A stretch of 64,000 nt of DNA from Bacteroidota bacterium. GTDB taxonomy: Bacteria; Bacteroidota; Bacteroidia; Bacteroidales; JAAUTT01. The notes beneath the pieces are model-generated. The model was not told where the DNA came from, did no database searches, and saw only the letters and a list, made by a program, of their open reading frames with translations. Below, piece by piece: positions 29,320-39,327 of this stretch (position 1 is the stretch's first letter; every line of letters begins with the position of its first letter). A program made the position numbers and the translations under genes. The stretch spans positions 312,376-376,375 of the forward strand of contig JAUZOO010000005.1 of NCBI GenBank assembly GCA_030706405.1, written 5' to 3'.

Positions 29320-30714
29320 ATGAAAACAAAAATTTTATTACTTTTTTTCTATGCATCAACAGTTTTAGTATCAGCTCAAAGCAATGTAGTTCCGATAGAT
29401 TGGTCCAAATTCAAAAAAGCACCGCCTACTGATGAGGCATCGTTAATACTTACCCAGAATATTCTAAACGCCAATAAGTACATGCTAAACACCTGGTGGA
29501 ATCAGGTAAAAAAGTTCGACACCATCCCGGCCGACCAATATCTTAACTTCGGAGGTATTGGGGAGCACAACATCCGCCCTTGTGCAACAGAGGCCGAGTG
29601 TTTGGCTATTTCGTTGAAATTAGGCGTGTACCGCGCCGACTATACCGGCGTATCTGTTAAAGAGGCCACGCTTCGTTTAACCAAATTAATTAGCTCTCTG
29701 GCTTACAGACATAAAGCTGTTTCAGAAAAGGGCTGGGGAAATGTTTGGCAAAGCGCGCTGTGGACAGGGTCAATGGGAACTGCAGCCTGGCTCATGTGGC
29801 CCGACCTCGACGCCAACAGTCAAAAAATGGTACAACAGGTTATCGAATACGAAGCCAACAGGTTTAACGAATACAAGGTGCCCTACTACAAAGATCGCAA
29901 CGGCAGCATCAAATTTTCGGGAGATACCAAGTGTGAAGAAAATGCCTGGAATTCATTCGTTTTGGATATTGCTACCGCGATGATGCCTACGCACAAAAAT
30001 TACTCGGTTTGGATGAATAAGAACATTGAGCTGATGCTCTCTGCGTTTGCAAAACCATCCGACATCACCAAAGCCGACATTTATCACGGAAAGCCGTTGT
30101 CCGAATGGTTGAACGGTTCCAATTCTTTCGAAGATGGCACGTTGGTTAACCACTCTCGTGTTCACCCCGAATATATTGCCTCCGGACTTTTCGAATTTTC
30201 ACCGGCCCGCATATACCCTTTGGCCGGCAAACCTGTTCCCAAGGCTGGTGCCTTTAATGTTACAGAAAGCTATTCCGCTTTTACTCAACGAAAATTTATC
30301 GTTGGCGAAATACTCCCCGACACAAAGCCAAATAACGGACGTGTTTTAGCTCCCGGCGGAGTTATATATAGCAAAGCAACCTCCGAGGTTAACGACCCAT
30401 CCGATATTTATTTCCCCCAGGGGAATGACTGGGGTTTGCTCGGACGTGTAAACTATGTAAATGCCGATGCCGTAGCAAGTGCAGTGGCTGCCTCCAAAGC
30501 CGTGCAAAAAAATGCCAACTTTTGGTTAACCATTCATGCACAAAAAGTCCTTAACTGTCAAAAAAGGTTCGATACCGGCCAAACCTACAAAAATGCTTCA
30601 GAATGTAATTATATGAGTCGCGAAGAAGCTTCTGCAACACAAACAGCGCGCGCTTACCTTGTCAGATGGCTCTATTATCAGGGAGCTGTCCGCTTCTCAA
30701 ACGAAAAATATTAA
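29320..30714 (+). CDS. secreted hypothetical protein of unknown family (PUL-encoded)
   Basis: The tracked ORF starts at 29209 inside the HTCS gene. The ATG at 29320 gives MKTKILLLFFYASTVLVSAQ, a signal peptide. The rest (about 445 aa, Trp-rich, e.g. GWGNVWQSALWTGSMGTAAWLMW) matches no family I can name. Confidence 0.6.
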   Translation: MKTKILLLFFYASTVLVSAQSNVVPIDWSKFKKAPPTDEASLILTQNILNANKYMLNTWWNQVKKFDTIPADQYLNFGGIGEHNIRPCATEAECLAISLKLGVYRADYTGVSVKEATLRLTKLISSLAYRHKAVSEKGWGNVWQSALWTGSMGTAAWLMWPDLDANSQKMVQQVIEYEANRFNEYKVPYYKDRNGSIKFSGDTKCEENAWNSFVLDIATAMMPTHKNYSVWMNKNIELMLSAFAKPSDITKADIYHGKPLSEWLNGSNSFEDGTLVNHSRVHPEYIASGLFEFSPARIYPLAGKPVPKAGAFNVTESYSAFTQRKFIVGEILPDTKPNNGRVLAPGGVIYSKATSEVNDPSDIYFPQGNDWGLLGRVNYVNADAVASAVAASKAVQKNANFWLTIHAQKVLNCQKRFDTGQTYKNASECNYMSREEASATQTARAYLVRWLYYQGAVRFSNEKY

Positions 30715-30741
30715 AAGCTGAATAGTTAGAATGTTGTGTTA

Positions 30742-30833
30742 GGCGGAATTTGTAATTCCGCCTATCTCAGCCGAAAGTCTCATTACAGGCTGAGCCTGTA
30801 GCAATATATTCGACGGAGGCAGAGCATCCTCCG
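30742..30833. repeat. palindromic hairpin cluster, same family as 12931-13197
   Basis: The hairpins are GGCGGAATT-TGT-AATTCCGCC (30742-30762), CAGGCT-G-AGCCTG (30786-30798) and CGGAGG-cagagcat-CCTCCG (30814-30833). The leading AGGCGGAATTnnnAATTCCGCCTA(a/t)CTCA is shared with 12930-12957. Confidence 0.7.
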
Positions 30834-31058
30834 AACGCAGGGTGCCTCAGACACAGAGAGGTTAGTCCTCATTCCCTTCCACCTCAACATTTCTCATGCT
30901 CAAAAAGCACCCCAAAGTTGATTGATTTGTTGTCCTTCCGGTAAAAATTTGTTTGTCATTTTTGCTCCCAAGCACGGACTGCCATTAACCATATCCTCTT
31001 GATTCGCCAGTTAAACCAATCCGTAATGCCGTTTTCAAACTTTTAAAACAAATTTTTA

Positions 31059-33209
31059 TTGATGAAAGAATTAAAGCTTCTTCAGAAGAACAACGCAGGT
31101 AAATTAACCGCCGGGATTAAATATTCCCTTTTATCCGTTTTTCTGTCAATTTCCATTACTATAATGGCTCAGGACAAACCTTCGTGGTTAAATACGTCGT
31201 TGAGCACGGAGGTTCGTCTCAACGATCTTGTCGGAAGGATGACGTTAGATGAAAAGATCGATATGCTGGCAGGGTACAAAGATTTCTATTTTCATCCTGT
31301 TGAACGGTTAAATATTCCGCCCATCATCATGGCTGACGGACCTCTTGGGGTTGCTTCCTGGGGAATTCACGGAAGGGCTACGGCTTTCCCAGCTGCAATA
31401 ATGGCTGCTGCAACATGGAACCGGGCGCTTATGTCTAACCTTGGCGACGTTTATGGACAGGAATGGAGAAGCCGCGGGCTGCATTACTTCCTTGGGCCTG
31501 GTGTAAACATCTATCGATCGTCAAAGGCTGGCCGGAACTTTGAATATTATGGAGAAGATCCATATCTGACGACGCAGCTCATTGTACCTTTTATTAAAGC
31601 GATACAAGCCCGGGGCGTAGCAGCTACTGTAAAACATTTTGCAGGCAACGAACAGGAGTTTGATCGTTACAAAACCGGCTCCATAATAGACGAACGGACG
31701 CTTCATGAAATTTATCTGCCTCCGTTTAAAGCTGCAGTTCAGGATGCCGGTGTGCTTTCGGTTATGGCAGCTTACAATCCGCTCAATGGCGAATGGAGTA
31801 CACAGAATCAATATACACTCGGCACCATCCTGAAAGGGAAATGGGGTTTTAAAGGCCCCGTCATGAGCGACTGGTCTTGTACCTATTCGACTGCCAAAGC
31901 CGCAAATGCCGGGCTGGATATGGAAATGGGCAGTTATAAACATTTCAGGAGAGACAGTATCCAAGTCGCACTGGACAAAAAACAACTAACCGAAGCCCGT
32001 TTAAACGACATGGTCAAAAGAATTTTCTATCCGGCCATAGAGTTGGGATTCTTTGACCGTCCGCAAAAGGATTCAGCCATTCCCGCTTTTAACAAAAGCG
32101 CTAATGAGATCGCTAAAAAAGTGGCGGAAGAAGGCATCGTTCTGCTCAAAAACAAAAACTCGTTATTGCCGTTAAAAAAAGACATCAAAACCATCGTGAT
32201 CATTGGCCAGAACGGCAATCCGACACTTTATTCCGACAGGACCCACAAACCTGCTTCGTATGTATTCGGAGGTGGTGGAAGTTCGAAGGTTCACCCGTGG
32301 TATACGGTTAGTCTGCTCGAAGGCTTATTGCAAAATGTAGGCGCAGGAACCGAAGTTTTTTTCGAAGAAGGCAAAGACATTCAAAGCGCGGTTAATGCCG
32401 CAAAAAAATGCGATGTGGCAATCGTCTGCGCGGGTCTTAACAGTTTAATCGAGCAGGAAGGCAAAGACCGCCCGTTCGATCTTCCCCAAGAACAGGATTC
32501 GTTAATTACAGCCGTAGTAAAGGCAACACCCAACAGCATCATCGTTGTAAATGCCGGCGGAGGTATAAACTTAAGCAAATGGAATGAAGACGCCGGAGCC
32601 ATTGTTCACAGTTTTTATGCCGGATCGGAAGGCGGGAATGCTCTTGCCGAAGTATTATTGGGCAAAATAAATCCTTCGGGGAAACTTCCTTTTAGCATCG
32701 AAAAAGACTGGAAAGATGCTCCGGCTTTTGGCAACTACGACGAGAACAAGGATAAAAAGATCGTAACCTATAAGGAAGGCCTTTTTGTAGGCTACCGCCA
32801 TTTCGACAAAACCGGGATAAAACCGCTCTATCCGTTTGGCTTTGGACTTTCATACACCCATTTTGATTATAAAAACATGCAAGTTAATGTCAATAGTAAA
32901 GACAATCCGACAGTTACGGTATCGTTTACAATTACCAATAATGGAGATATGGACGGATACGAAACCGCTGAGTTATATGTTACCGATTCAAAATGCAGTG
33001 TCGAAAGGCCTGTCAAGGAATTAAAAGACTTTGAAAAAGTTTGGATACCTAAAGGTCAAAGCCGGGAAATATCAATGACCTTAAAACAAGATGCTTTTTC
33101 TTTCTACGACATTAAAAAACATGACTGGCGATGGGAAAAAGGTGAATTTGTAATCAATATCGGAGCTTCCTCAGACGATTTAAGACTTAAAAAGAGTATC
33201 GAATTATAA
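31059..33209 (+). CDS. glycoside hydrolase family 3 (beta-glucosidase-like)
   Basis: 716-aa ORF. GH3 motifs are KHFAGNEQEFDRYK and GPVMSDWSCTY. A C-terminal Fn3-like domain is present. Confidence 0.9.
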   Translation: MMKELKLLQKNNAGKLTAGIKYSLLSVFLSISITIMAQDKPSWLNTSLSTEVRLNDLVGRMTLDEKIDMLAGYKDFYFHPVERLNIPPIIMADGPLGVASWGIHGRATAFPAAIMAAATWNRALMSNLGDVYGQEWRSRGLHYFLGPGVNIYRSSKAGRNFEYYGEDPYLTTQLIVPFIKAIQARGVAATVKHFAGNEQEFDRYKTGSIIDERTLHEIYLPPFKAAVQDAGVLSVMAAYNPLNGEWSTQNQYTLGTILKGKWGFKGPVMSDWSCTYSTAKAANAGLDMEMGSYKHFRRDSIQVALDKKQLTEARLNDMVKRIFYPAIELGFFDRPQKDSAIPAFNKSANEIAKKVAEEGIVLLKNKNSLLPLKKDIKTIVIIGQNGNPTLYSDRTHKPASYVFGGGGSSKVHPWYTVSLLEGLLQNVGAGTEVFFEEGKDIQSAVNAAKKCDVAIVCAGLNSLIEQEGKDRPFDLPQEQDSLITAVVKATPNSIIVVNAGGGINLSKWNEDAGAIVHSFYAGSEGGNALAEVLLGKINPSGKLPFSIEKDWKDAPAFGNYDENKDKKIVTYKEGLFVGYRHFDKTGIKPLYPFGFGLSYTHFDYKNMQVNVNSKDNPTVTVSFTITNNGDMDGYETAELYVTDSKCSVERPVKELKDFEKVWIPKGQSREISMTLKQDAFSFYDIKKHDWRWEKGEFVINIGASSDDLRLKKSIEL

Positions 33210-33357
33210 AAATTGCGACAGGGCCTCAACTTCTTAAAATAAATCAGTCTGTACTGCATGTATTGAAAAGGCAGGCTGATTTATCACTAAAAATGATTCA
33301 AAATAAAGCTCAAGTTCTCTTTTTTAACTTCCATATTAAACCTTTAATTATCAAAAG

Positions 33358-35136
33358 ATGAACAAAAAAAACATCCTTTTCCATTTGACGTTGTTTTTAT
33401 TGGCAACTAACCTATACGGCCAATCTCAAGAGAGTGCCCCTTACCGGAGAGCCCAGAATCTTGACGGCAAATGGAATGTGATAATTGATTGGTACGATAA
33501 CGGCAATATCAATATCGCTAAAAACAGACAAGCCTCAGGCAAAACTGATTTTTGGGAATTTTCGTTTGATAACAGCCAAACCCTTAATGTCCCGGGCGAC
33601 TGGAATTCTCAAAGAGCTGAACTAAAATATTACGAAGGCACCGTTTGGTACAAAAGAGACTTCAATTACCGCCCCAATCCCGGCAGTCGGGTATTTCTTC
33701 GTTTCGAAGGTGTGAGTTACCGATGCGAAGTCTACTTGAACGGAGAAAAGGCCGGAAACCATGAAGGTGGTTTTACCCCGTTCAACCTTGAGGTAACCGG
33801 AAAGGTTAAAGCCGGGAAAAATTTTGTTGTTGTTAAAGTGAACAACGAACGCCGGGAAGATGCGATACCTGCCCGTAAATTTGACTGGTGGAACTATGGA
33901 GGCATTACGCGTAGCGTGTCTATCACCGAAATTCCGGAGAATCATATTGCCGACTACTTTATTCAATTGAAAAAAGGTTCGCTCGATCAGCTCCAGGGCT
34001 GGGTTCAGTTGAGTAATAAACAAAAGCAGCTAATCACATTCGAAATTCCCGAAGCTCATATAAAAAAGAATATCGAATCAGACACCACCGGTCTTGCCAT
34101 CATCAACCTCAACGCCCGCCTTTCCTTATGGTCGCCCGAAAACCCCAAACTGTACCAGGTAAAAATCAGTACGCCAACCGATAAGATTGACGAAGAAATC
34201 GGATTCCGGTCAATAGAAGTAAAAGGCACCGATATTCTGCTGAACAAAAAGCCTGTTTTTTTAAGAGGCATCAGTTTTCACGAAGAAATACCCCAACGGG
34301 CCGGCAGGGCTTATTCCGAGGCCGACTTCAGAATGTTGTTATCGTGGGCCAAAGAGCTGGGGTGTAACTTCGTTCGCCTGGCTCATTACCCGCAAAGTGA
34401 ACAAACCGTTCGCCTGGCCGAAAAGATGGGCATCATGATGTGGGAAGAAATTCCCGTATGGCAGGGAATACAGTTCTCAAACCCTGCAATTCTCCAAAAA
34501 GCGAACACCATGCTGCACGAAATGATAAACCGTGATAAAAATCGTTGCGGTATCATCATCTGGAGCCTTTCGAACGAAACAGCGCCTTCAAAAGACAGAA
34601 ATGAAACGCTCATCCGCATGGCCTCAGACGCAAGGCTGGCCGACCCTACCCGACTGATTTCATCGGCATTTGATCATTTTAAATATCAAAAAAATGAAAT
34701 TACTATTGACGATACCTTAAGCAACTACCTCGATGTTATTGCCGCCAACAAATATATGGGATGGTACCACGCATGGCCGACCGAACCGGGCAATGTAACC
34801 TGGAAAAGCAATTTCAACAAACCACTGATAATGTCCGAATTTGGCAGTGAGGCGTTGTATGGCAACCACGGTTCAAAAGACACAGCCAGTTTATATACCG
34901 AAGAACACCAGGAACAGCTCTACAAGGACAACATTGCAATGTTTAAAAGCATCCCGTTTTTACGCGGAGTATGTCCATGGATATTAGCAGATTTTCGAAG
35001 CCCTTTCCGCATGCAGGCATTATTCCAGGAAGGCTGGAACCGTAAAGGACTGTTATCCGACAAGGGTTTTAAAAAGAAAGCATGGTTTATAATGCGCGAT
35101 TTCTATAAAGAAAAAGAACAGAATGATTCAAAATAA
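33358..35136 (+). CDS. glycoside hydrolase family 2, beta-glucuronidase-like short form
   Basis: 592-aa ORF with a signal peptide. Motifs are WYKRDF, VFLRFEGVSYRCEVYLNGEKAGNHEGGFTPFNLEV, NFVRLAHYPQSE and WSLSNE. Its length and motif spacing resemble GUS-type GH2 enzymes. Confidence 0.8.
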   Translation: MNKKNILFHLTLFLLATNLYGQSQESAPYRRAQNLDGKWNVIIDWYDNGNINIAKNRQASGKTDFWEFSFDNSQTLNVPGDWNSQRAELKYYEGTVWYKRDFNYRPNPGSRVFLRFEGVSYRCEVYLNGEKAGNHEGGFTPFNLEVTGKVKAGKNFVVVKVNNERREDAIPARKFDWWNYGGITRSVSITEIPENHIADYFIQLKKGSLDQLQGWVQLSNKQKQLITFEIPEAHIKKNIESDTTGLAIINLNARLSLWSPENPKLYQVKISTPTDKIDEEIGFRSIEVKGTDILLNKKPVFLRGISFHEEIPQRAGRAYSEADFRMLLSWAKELGCNFVRLAHYPQSEQTVRLAEKMGIMMWEEIPVWQGIQFSNPAILQKANTMLHEMINRDKNRCGIIIWSLSNETAPSKDRNETLIRMASDARLADPTRLISSAFDHFKYQKNEITIDDTLSNYLDVIAANKYMGWYHAWPTEPGNVTWKSNFNKPLIMSEFGSEALYGNHGSKDTASLYTEEHQEQLYKDNIAMFKSIPFLRGVCPWILADFRSPFRMQALFQEGWNRKGLLSDKGFKKKAWFIMRDFYKEKEQNDSK

Positions 35137-35232
35137 ATTAACCGACCTTACCTGAAAGAAGAACTATCCTATTCAACCATTTCGACATAATCCGAATTAA
35201 CTACGAATACCCTGATTACTAACCTGAGCTAT

Positions 35233-38200
35233 ATGAAAACTTATTTTAGATACACCAGCCTCATTGCCGCCATTCTATGCCTGATTTCTTCAAGCTTGTT
35301 CTCGCAACAATCGGCTTTAGATAAACGTGTTGATGATCTTGTTAACGCGATGACCACCGAGGAAAAGATCAATCAATTAATTAATGTAGGATTTGGAGGC
35401 ACTCCTGCCAATACAAGGTTGAATATTCCCGGCTTTTTAATGAGCGACGGCCCTCATGGAGTTCGTTTCACGGCCGATGGATTTGGTCGGACAGCGACAT
35501 CCTTCCCAACGGGAATAGCCATGACCGCTACCTGGGACGAAGAGTTGGCTAAGAAAGTAGGAGAAGCGATGGGTTTGGAATTTTGGGCCTTTAACCGAAA
35601 TCAAATGTTGGGCCCGTGCATCGACCTTGCTCGTGATTCCCGTGGAGGTCGAACCGCCGAAAGTGGAGGTGAAGACCCTTTCTTGTCGGGACATTTGGGC
35701 AAAGCGATGACCATTGGAGTTCAAAAATTCCCGGTAATAGCTACCTTGAAACATTTCATGGGCGAAAGCAAGCAAATAAACCGTATGAACATGAATGTTC
35801 TCGCTACCGAACGTTGGCTGATGGACTTCTCCGGCTACAATTTCCGCACCGTGGTTCAGGATGCAGGGGTATTGAGTGTAATGGGAGCATATAATTCTAT
35901 AAACGGAGCCAAATGTTCAGAAAGCTCCTTGCTATTGAACACGATATTGCGCGAACGTTGGGGTTTCCCTTTTTATGTTGTTTCCGATTGGGCCAGCATT
36001 GGAGATGCCAAGAAAGCCATATTGGCCGGAACGGATGTGTGTATGGGTTCTTCTATTTATGCCGCAGACTTACCCACCTTGGTGGCCAATAACCTTATAA
36101 CCACAGCAGACCTCGACAGGGCTGTGAAAAAAGAGTTAAAAACAAAGATATTAAATGGAATGCTGGACTATTTCCCCAAAGGGAACGCCTCCTATGCCAA
36201 AACATCCGAAATACAGGCCGTCAATAAACTGGCTGCTCAAAAGTCTATTATCTTACTTAAAAATGCAAAGAAGTCAGACAACTCCCCTATTCTTCCTTTA
36301 AAGAAAACAGGTATAACCGTTGCGTTGATTGGGCCAAACGCCATGGCCGAAAATTTGAATTGCTACGGTAGCAGCAGAACCTATCCCTCCTATGCCATAA
36401 GTGTTAAAGAAGGACTGGAAGCTAAGATAGGTGCGACGAATGTTCAGTATGCCAAAGGATGCGATGTCAATTCAACCTCAACAACCGGTTTTGATGCAGC
36501 AAAAGCCATTGCAGCGGCGGCGGATATTGTGATTTTTGCCGGAGGTATAGACTCCACACAGGAAGGAGAGGGTTACGGCACCGGTCATGACCGTACTGGC
36601 GACAGCTTTGCTCTGCCGGCAATACAACAACAATTAATTAATGAGCTGGCAGCTGTAAATCCCAATATCGTTACCGTTATACAAAGCGGAGGGGTTTGTA
36701 GTCTCAACTCCTGTTTGTCATCAATAAAAGGATTGGTTTATTCGTTTTATGCCTCTCAGGAAGCCGGAACAGCCATAGCCGATGTTCTTTTTGGCGATTA
36801 CAATCCGGCAGGCCGTATGCCACTGTCAATGCCCAGGCAGGACAGCGATTTCCCATCCTGGGAAGAAGATGTTTTTCGCCGATTTACCGTAAACCTCGAT
36901 GGAGGCTACCGATGGCTTGACGAAAATAACATTACCCCGGAATATGCCTTTGGCTTTGGGTTGAGTTATACCACCTTTTCATACTCAAACTTGGTGATGC
37001 CAACCGCAGTTGCTGCCGGAGAACCTTTTACGGCAACTGTAACCGTTACCAACACCGGATCAATTGCCGGAGAAGAAGTCGTACAACTCTATGTATGCGC
37101 CCCTTCGGGCACATCGTTATGGATGCCCAAAAAACAATTACGCGGATTTCAGCGTATAGCCCTGGCAGCCGGGGAAACCAAAACCGTTACTTTTAATTTT
37201 TGTGCCGATCATTTTTATTACTGGAACGAAACCTCAAAAAAATACGAAGTTCAACCAGGAAGTTATGTATTTAAAGTAGGAGGATCTTCCGACAATCTCC
37301 CGCTTTCGCAAACAGTTACCTTTAACGACGGGGCAAAGAAGCCCGATCTCCGCATAACCCAAATCTATACGATGCCTCGTTACCCGATAAAGGGGCAACC
37401 TGTAAGCTTTTATGCACTGGTAAAAAATCAGGGAAATGCAACTACCCAAACACCTTATAACATATCCTTCAAAGTATCCGGGAAGGAAGTTGCCACCGCT
37501 TCACAAATTACCACCACAATTGCCCCCGGACAAGTTCAGTTGATTGCTTCGGGCAAGGAATGGAATGCCGATAATATTGAAAAGACGACATTGTCCGCCC
37601 AGGTATCTTTTGAGACCTCCGGTACCGAATGGGATTCTGAAAACAATAACTTCGCCCGTGACTATGAAGTGTTTAGTCCTGCCGTAGATTCGACCCTTAC
37701 GAACCTGGCTTACATGAAAAATGTTACGGCATCGTCCGAGTACAAAACAAATTACAGCAGCTTCATTGTCGATGGCGACTTGTCTACCCGTTGGGAATCG
37801 GGCAGAACGGACAACGAAAGTGTAACTATAGACCTGGAAGCCATTGGCGAAATAAAAAACATTACCATATACTGGGAGGTTGCTTATGCGCAAAAATATA
37901 GCATCGAAAAGTCAATGGATGGAAAGACCTGGAATGAAATAAAAAACATCATGACAGGAGCCGGTGGAGTTACCTCTTATGATTTTGATAAGTTCCAAGC
38001 CCGGTATATCCGTATCAAATGTTTGGAAAGAACAACTATCAATTCCTATAAATATGGTTTTTCCATCTACGAAGTGGAAGTAAACGGCACGCTTGTGCAA
38101 AGAATGCCGAGTGTGAAAATTGTGCCGATTAAAGACCCATTGATCCTTCCGTATGCAAAAACATATTTGGACGGCACACTATCAACAAATCCGGACCCAT

Positions 38201-39327
38201 CTGAAATGACATATCTTTGGAAACAAGTATCCGGACCGGCCCAGGCTGTTATCGAAAATCCGAATTCAGCGCTTTCGGTGGTGAATTTTAATACAGCAGG
38301 CACTTATGTTTTTCAATTAAGTATTTCAAACGGTACCAATACCGATTCAAAAGAAATTTCGATTGTAGTAAAATCTGTCGATGCCACTATTGATTTGGCA
38401 TTCAAGAAACCAACATCAGCCTCAAGTTCCGAAAAGATTTCGACATATCCGCAGGCTGCCGTAGATGGAGACGATGCAAATACCCGGTGGTCATCTTCGT
38501 ATAATAATAATCAGTGGTGGCAGGTCGATTTACTTCATCAGGTAACGCCATCTTCCATATCCATCATCTGGCAAACGGCGTATGCCAAGAAGTTCAATGT
38601 TCAAATTTCGGCCGATGGCACAACCTGGAATACTTACGCTACGAACGATGCTTTTACCGGCGGAACGTCAACCCTGGCCAACATCAATACCGTTACCGGA
38701 CGTTACGTAAGAGTAAACTGCGTGGAACGTCAAACAACGTATGGCTCTTCTTTCTTTTCGTTTAAACTGTTTGGCACCTTCCCTGGCACCAATCAGATAC
38801 CCAAAGCCAAAGCGCAAAGCAGCCTAAATACATTGGACAAGACCATAATTTTAGACGGAACAACCAGTACCGATGCCGACGGCGATGCCCTAACCTATAA
38901 ATGGGAACAACTGTCAGGCCCAACCTTTGTAAACATCGCCAACGCACAAAGTGCTGTGGCTTCGATAACGGGAATAAAGAATGGCTTTTATTCATTTAAA
39001 CTAACCGTTAATGATGGCAAAGACTTAGATTTTACGATAATCAATGTGTCTATGGGCCTAAATACCCAAACACCTCAAATCAATGGAGGGGAGAGCGCAA
39101 TAAAGGTCTACCCTAACCCGGTAAAAAATATGCTATACATAAGAAATTCGGGAGTAACCAAAGCCGACAGAGTAGATATTTATAGCATTACCGGAACATT
39201 AGTCATGTCCCAAAGAATTACCGAAGATAATATTTCAGTTTACCATCTTTCGGCGGGGATATATTGTGTTCGCATTTTCTCGCGGAACAAAGTGATCGGA
39301 ATCATGACTATTATTAAAGAAAATTAG
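35233..39327 (+). CDS. multidomain GH3 exo-glycosidase with CARDB-like, two F5/8-type-C (CBM32-like) and two PKD-like modules and a T9SS C-terminal sorting domain
   Basis: 1364-aa ORF. GH3 motifs are LKHFMGESKQINR and FYVVSDWASIGD. The CARDB-like segment is PDLRITQIYTMPRYPIKGQPVSFYALVKNQGN. Two discoidin-like segments carry DGDLSTRWES / DGDDANTRWSS. Two PKD-like segments read YLWKQVSGP / YKWEQLSGP. The terminal IKVYPNPVKNMLYI...SAGIYCVRIF matches the type-A T9SS CTD pattern. Confidence 0.88.
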   Translation: MKTYFRYTSLIAAILCLISSSLFSQQSALDKRVDDLVNAMTTEEKINQLINVGFGGTPANTRLNIPGFLMSDGPHGVRFTADGFGRTATSFPTGIAMTATWDEELAKKVGEAMGLEFWAFNRNQMLGPCIDLARDSRGGRTAESGGEDPFLSGHLGKAMTIGVQKFPVIATLKHFMGESKQINRMNMNVLATERWLMDFSGYNFRTVVQDAGVLSVMGAYNSINGAKCSESSLLLNTILRERWGFPFYVVSDWASIGDAKKAILAGTDVCMGSSIYAADLPTLVANNLITTADLDRAVKKELKTKILNGMLDYFPKGNASYAKTSEIQAVNKLAAQKSIILLKNAKKSDNSPILPLKKTGITVALIGPNAMAENLNCYGSSRTYPSYAISVKEGLEAKIGATNVQYAKGCDVNSTSTTGFDAAKAIAAAADIVIFAGGIDSTQEGEGYGTGHDRTGDSFALPAIQQQLINELAAVNPNIVTVIQSGGVCSLNSCLSSIKGLVYSFYASQEAGTAIADVLFGDYNPAGRMPLSMPRQDSDFPSWEEDVFRRFTVNLDGGYRWLDENNITPEYAFGFGLSYTTFSYSNLVMPTAVAAGEPFTATVTVTNTGSIAGEEVVQLYVCAPSGTSLWMPKKQLRGFQRIALAAGETKTVTFNFCADHFYYWNETSKKYEVQPGSYVFKVGGSSDNLPLSQTVTFNDGAKKPDLRITQIYTMPRYPIKGQPVSFYALVKNQGNATTQTPYNISFKVSGKEVATASQITTTIAPGQVQLIASGKEWNADNIEKTTLSAQVSFETSGTEWDSENNNFARDYEVFSPAVDSTLTNLAYMKNVTASSEYKTNYSSFIVDGDLSTRWESGRTDNESVTIDLEAIGEIKNITIYWEVAYAQKYSIEKSMDGKTWNEIKNIMTGAGGVTSYDFDKFQARYIRIKCLERTTINSYKYGFSIYEVEVNGTLVQRMPSVKIVPIKDPLILPYAKTYLDGTLSTNPDPSEMTYLWKQVSGPAQAVIENPNSALSVVNFNTAGTYVFQLSISNGTNTDSKEISIVVKSVDATIDLAFKKPTSASSSEKISTYPQAAVDGDDANTRWSSSYNNNQWWQVDLLHQVTPSSISIIWQTAYAKKFNVQISADGTTWNTYATNDAFTGGTSTLANINTVTGRYVRVNCVERQTTYGSSFFSFKLFGTFPGTNQIPKAKAQSSLNTLDKTIILDGTTSTDADGDALTYKWEQLSGPTFVNIANAQSAVASITGIKNGFYSFKLTVNDGKDLDFTIINVSMGLNTQTPQINGGESAIKVYPNPVKNMLYIRNSGVTKADRVDIYSITGTLVMSQRITEDNISVYHLSAGIYCVRIFSRNKVIGIMTIIKEN

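Noticed and set aside
33210-33357. Imperfect hairpin ATAAATCAGtCTG...CAGgCTGATTTAT after the GH3 gene as a terminator
   Set aside because: The stem has mismatches and is not followed by a T-run, and the downstream GH2 gene is probably co-transcribed.
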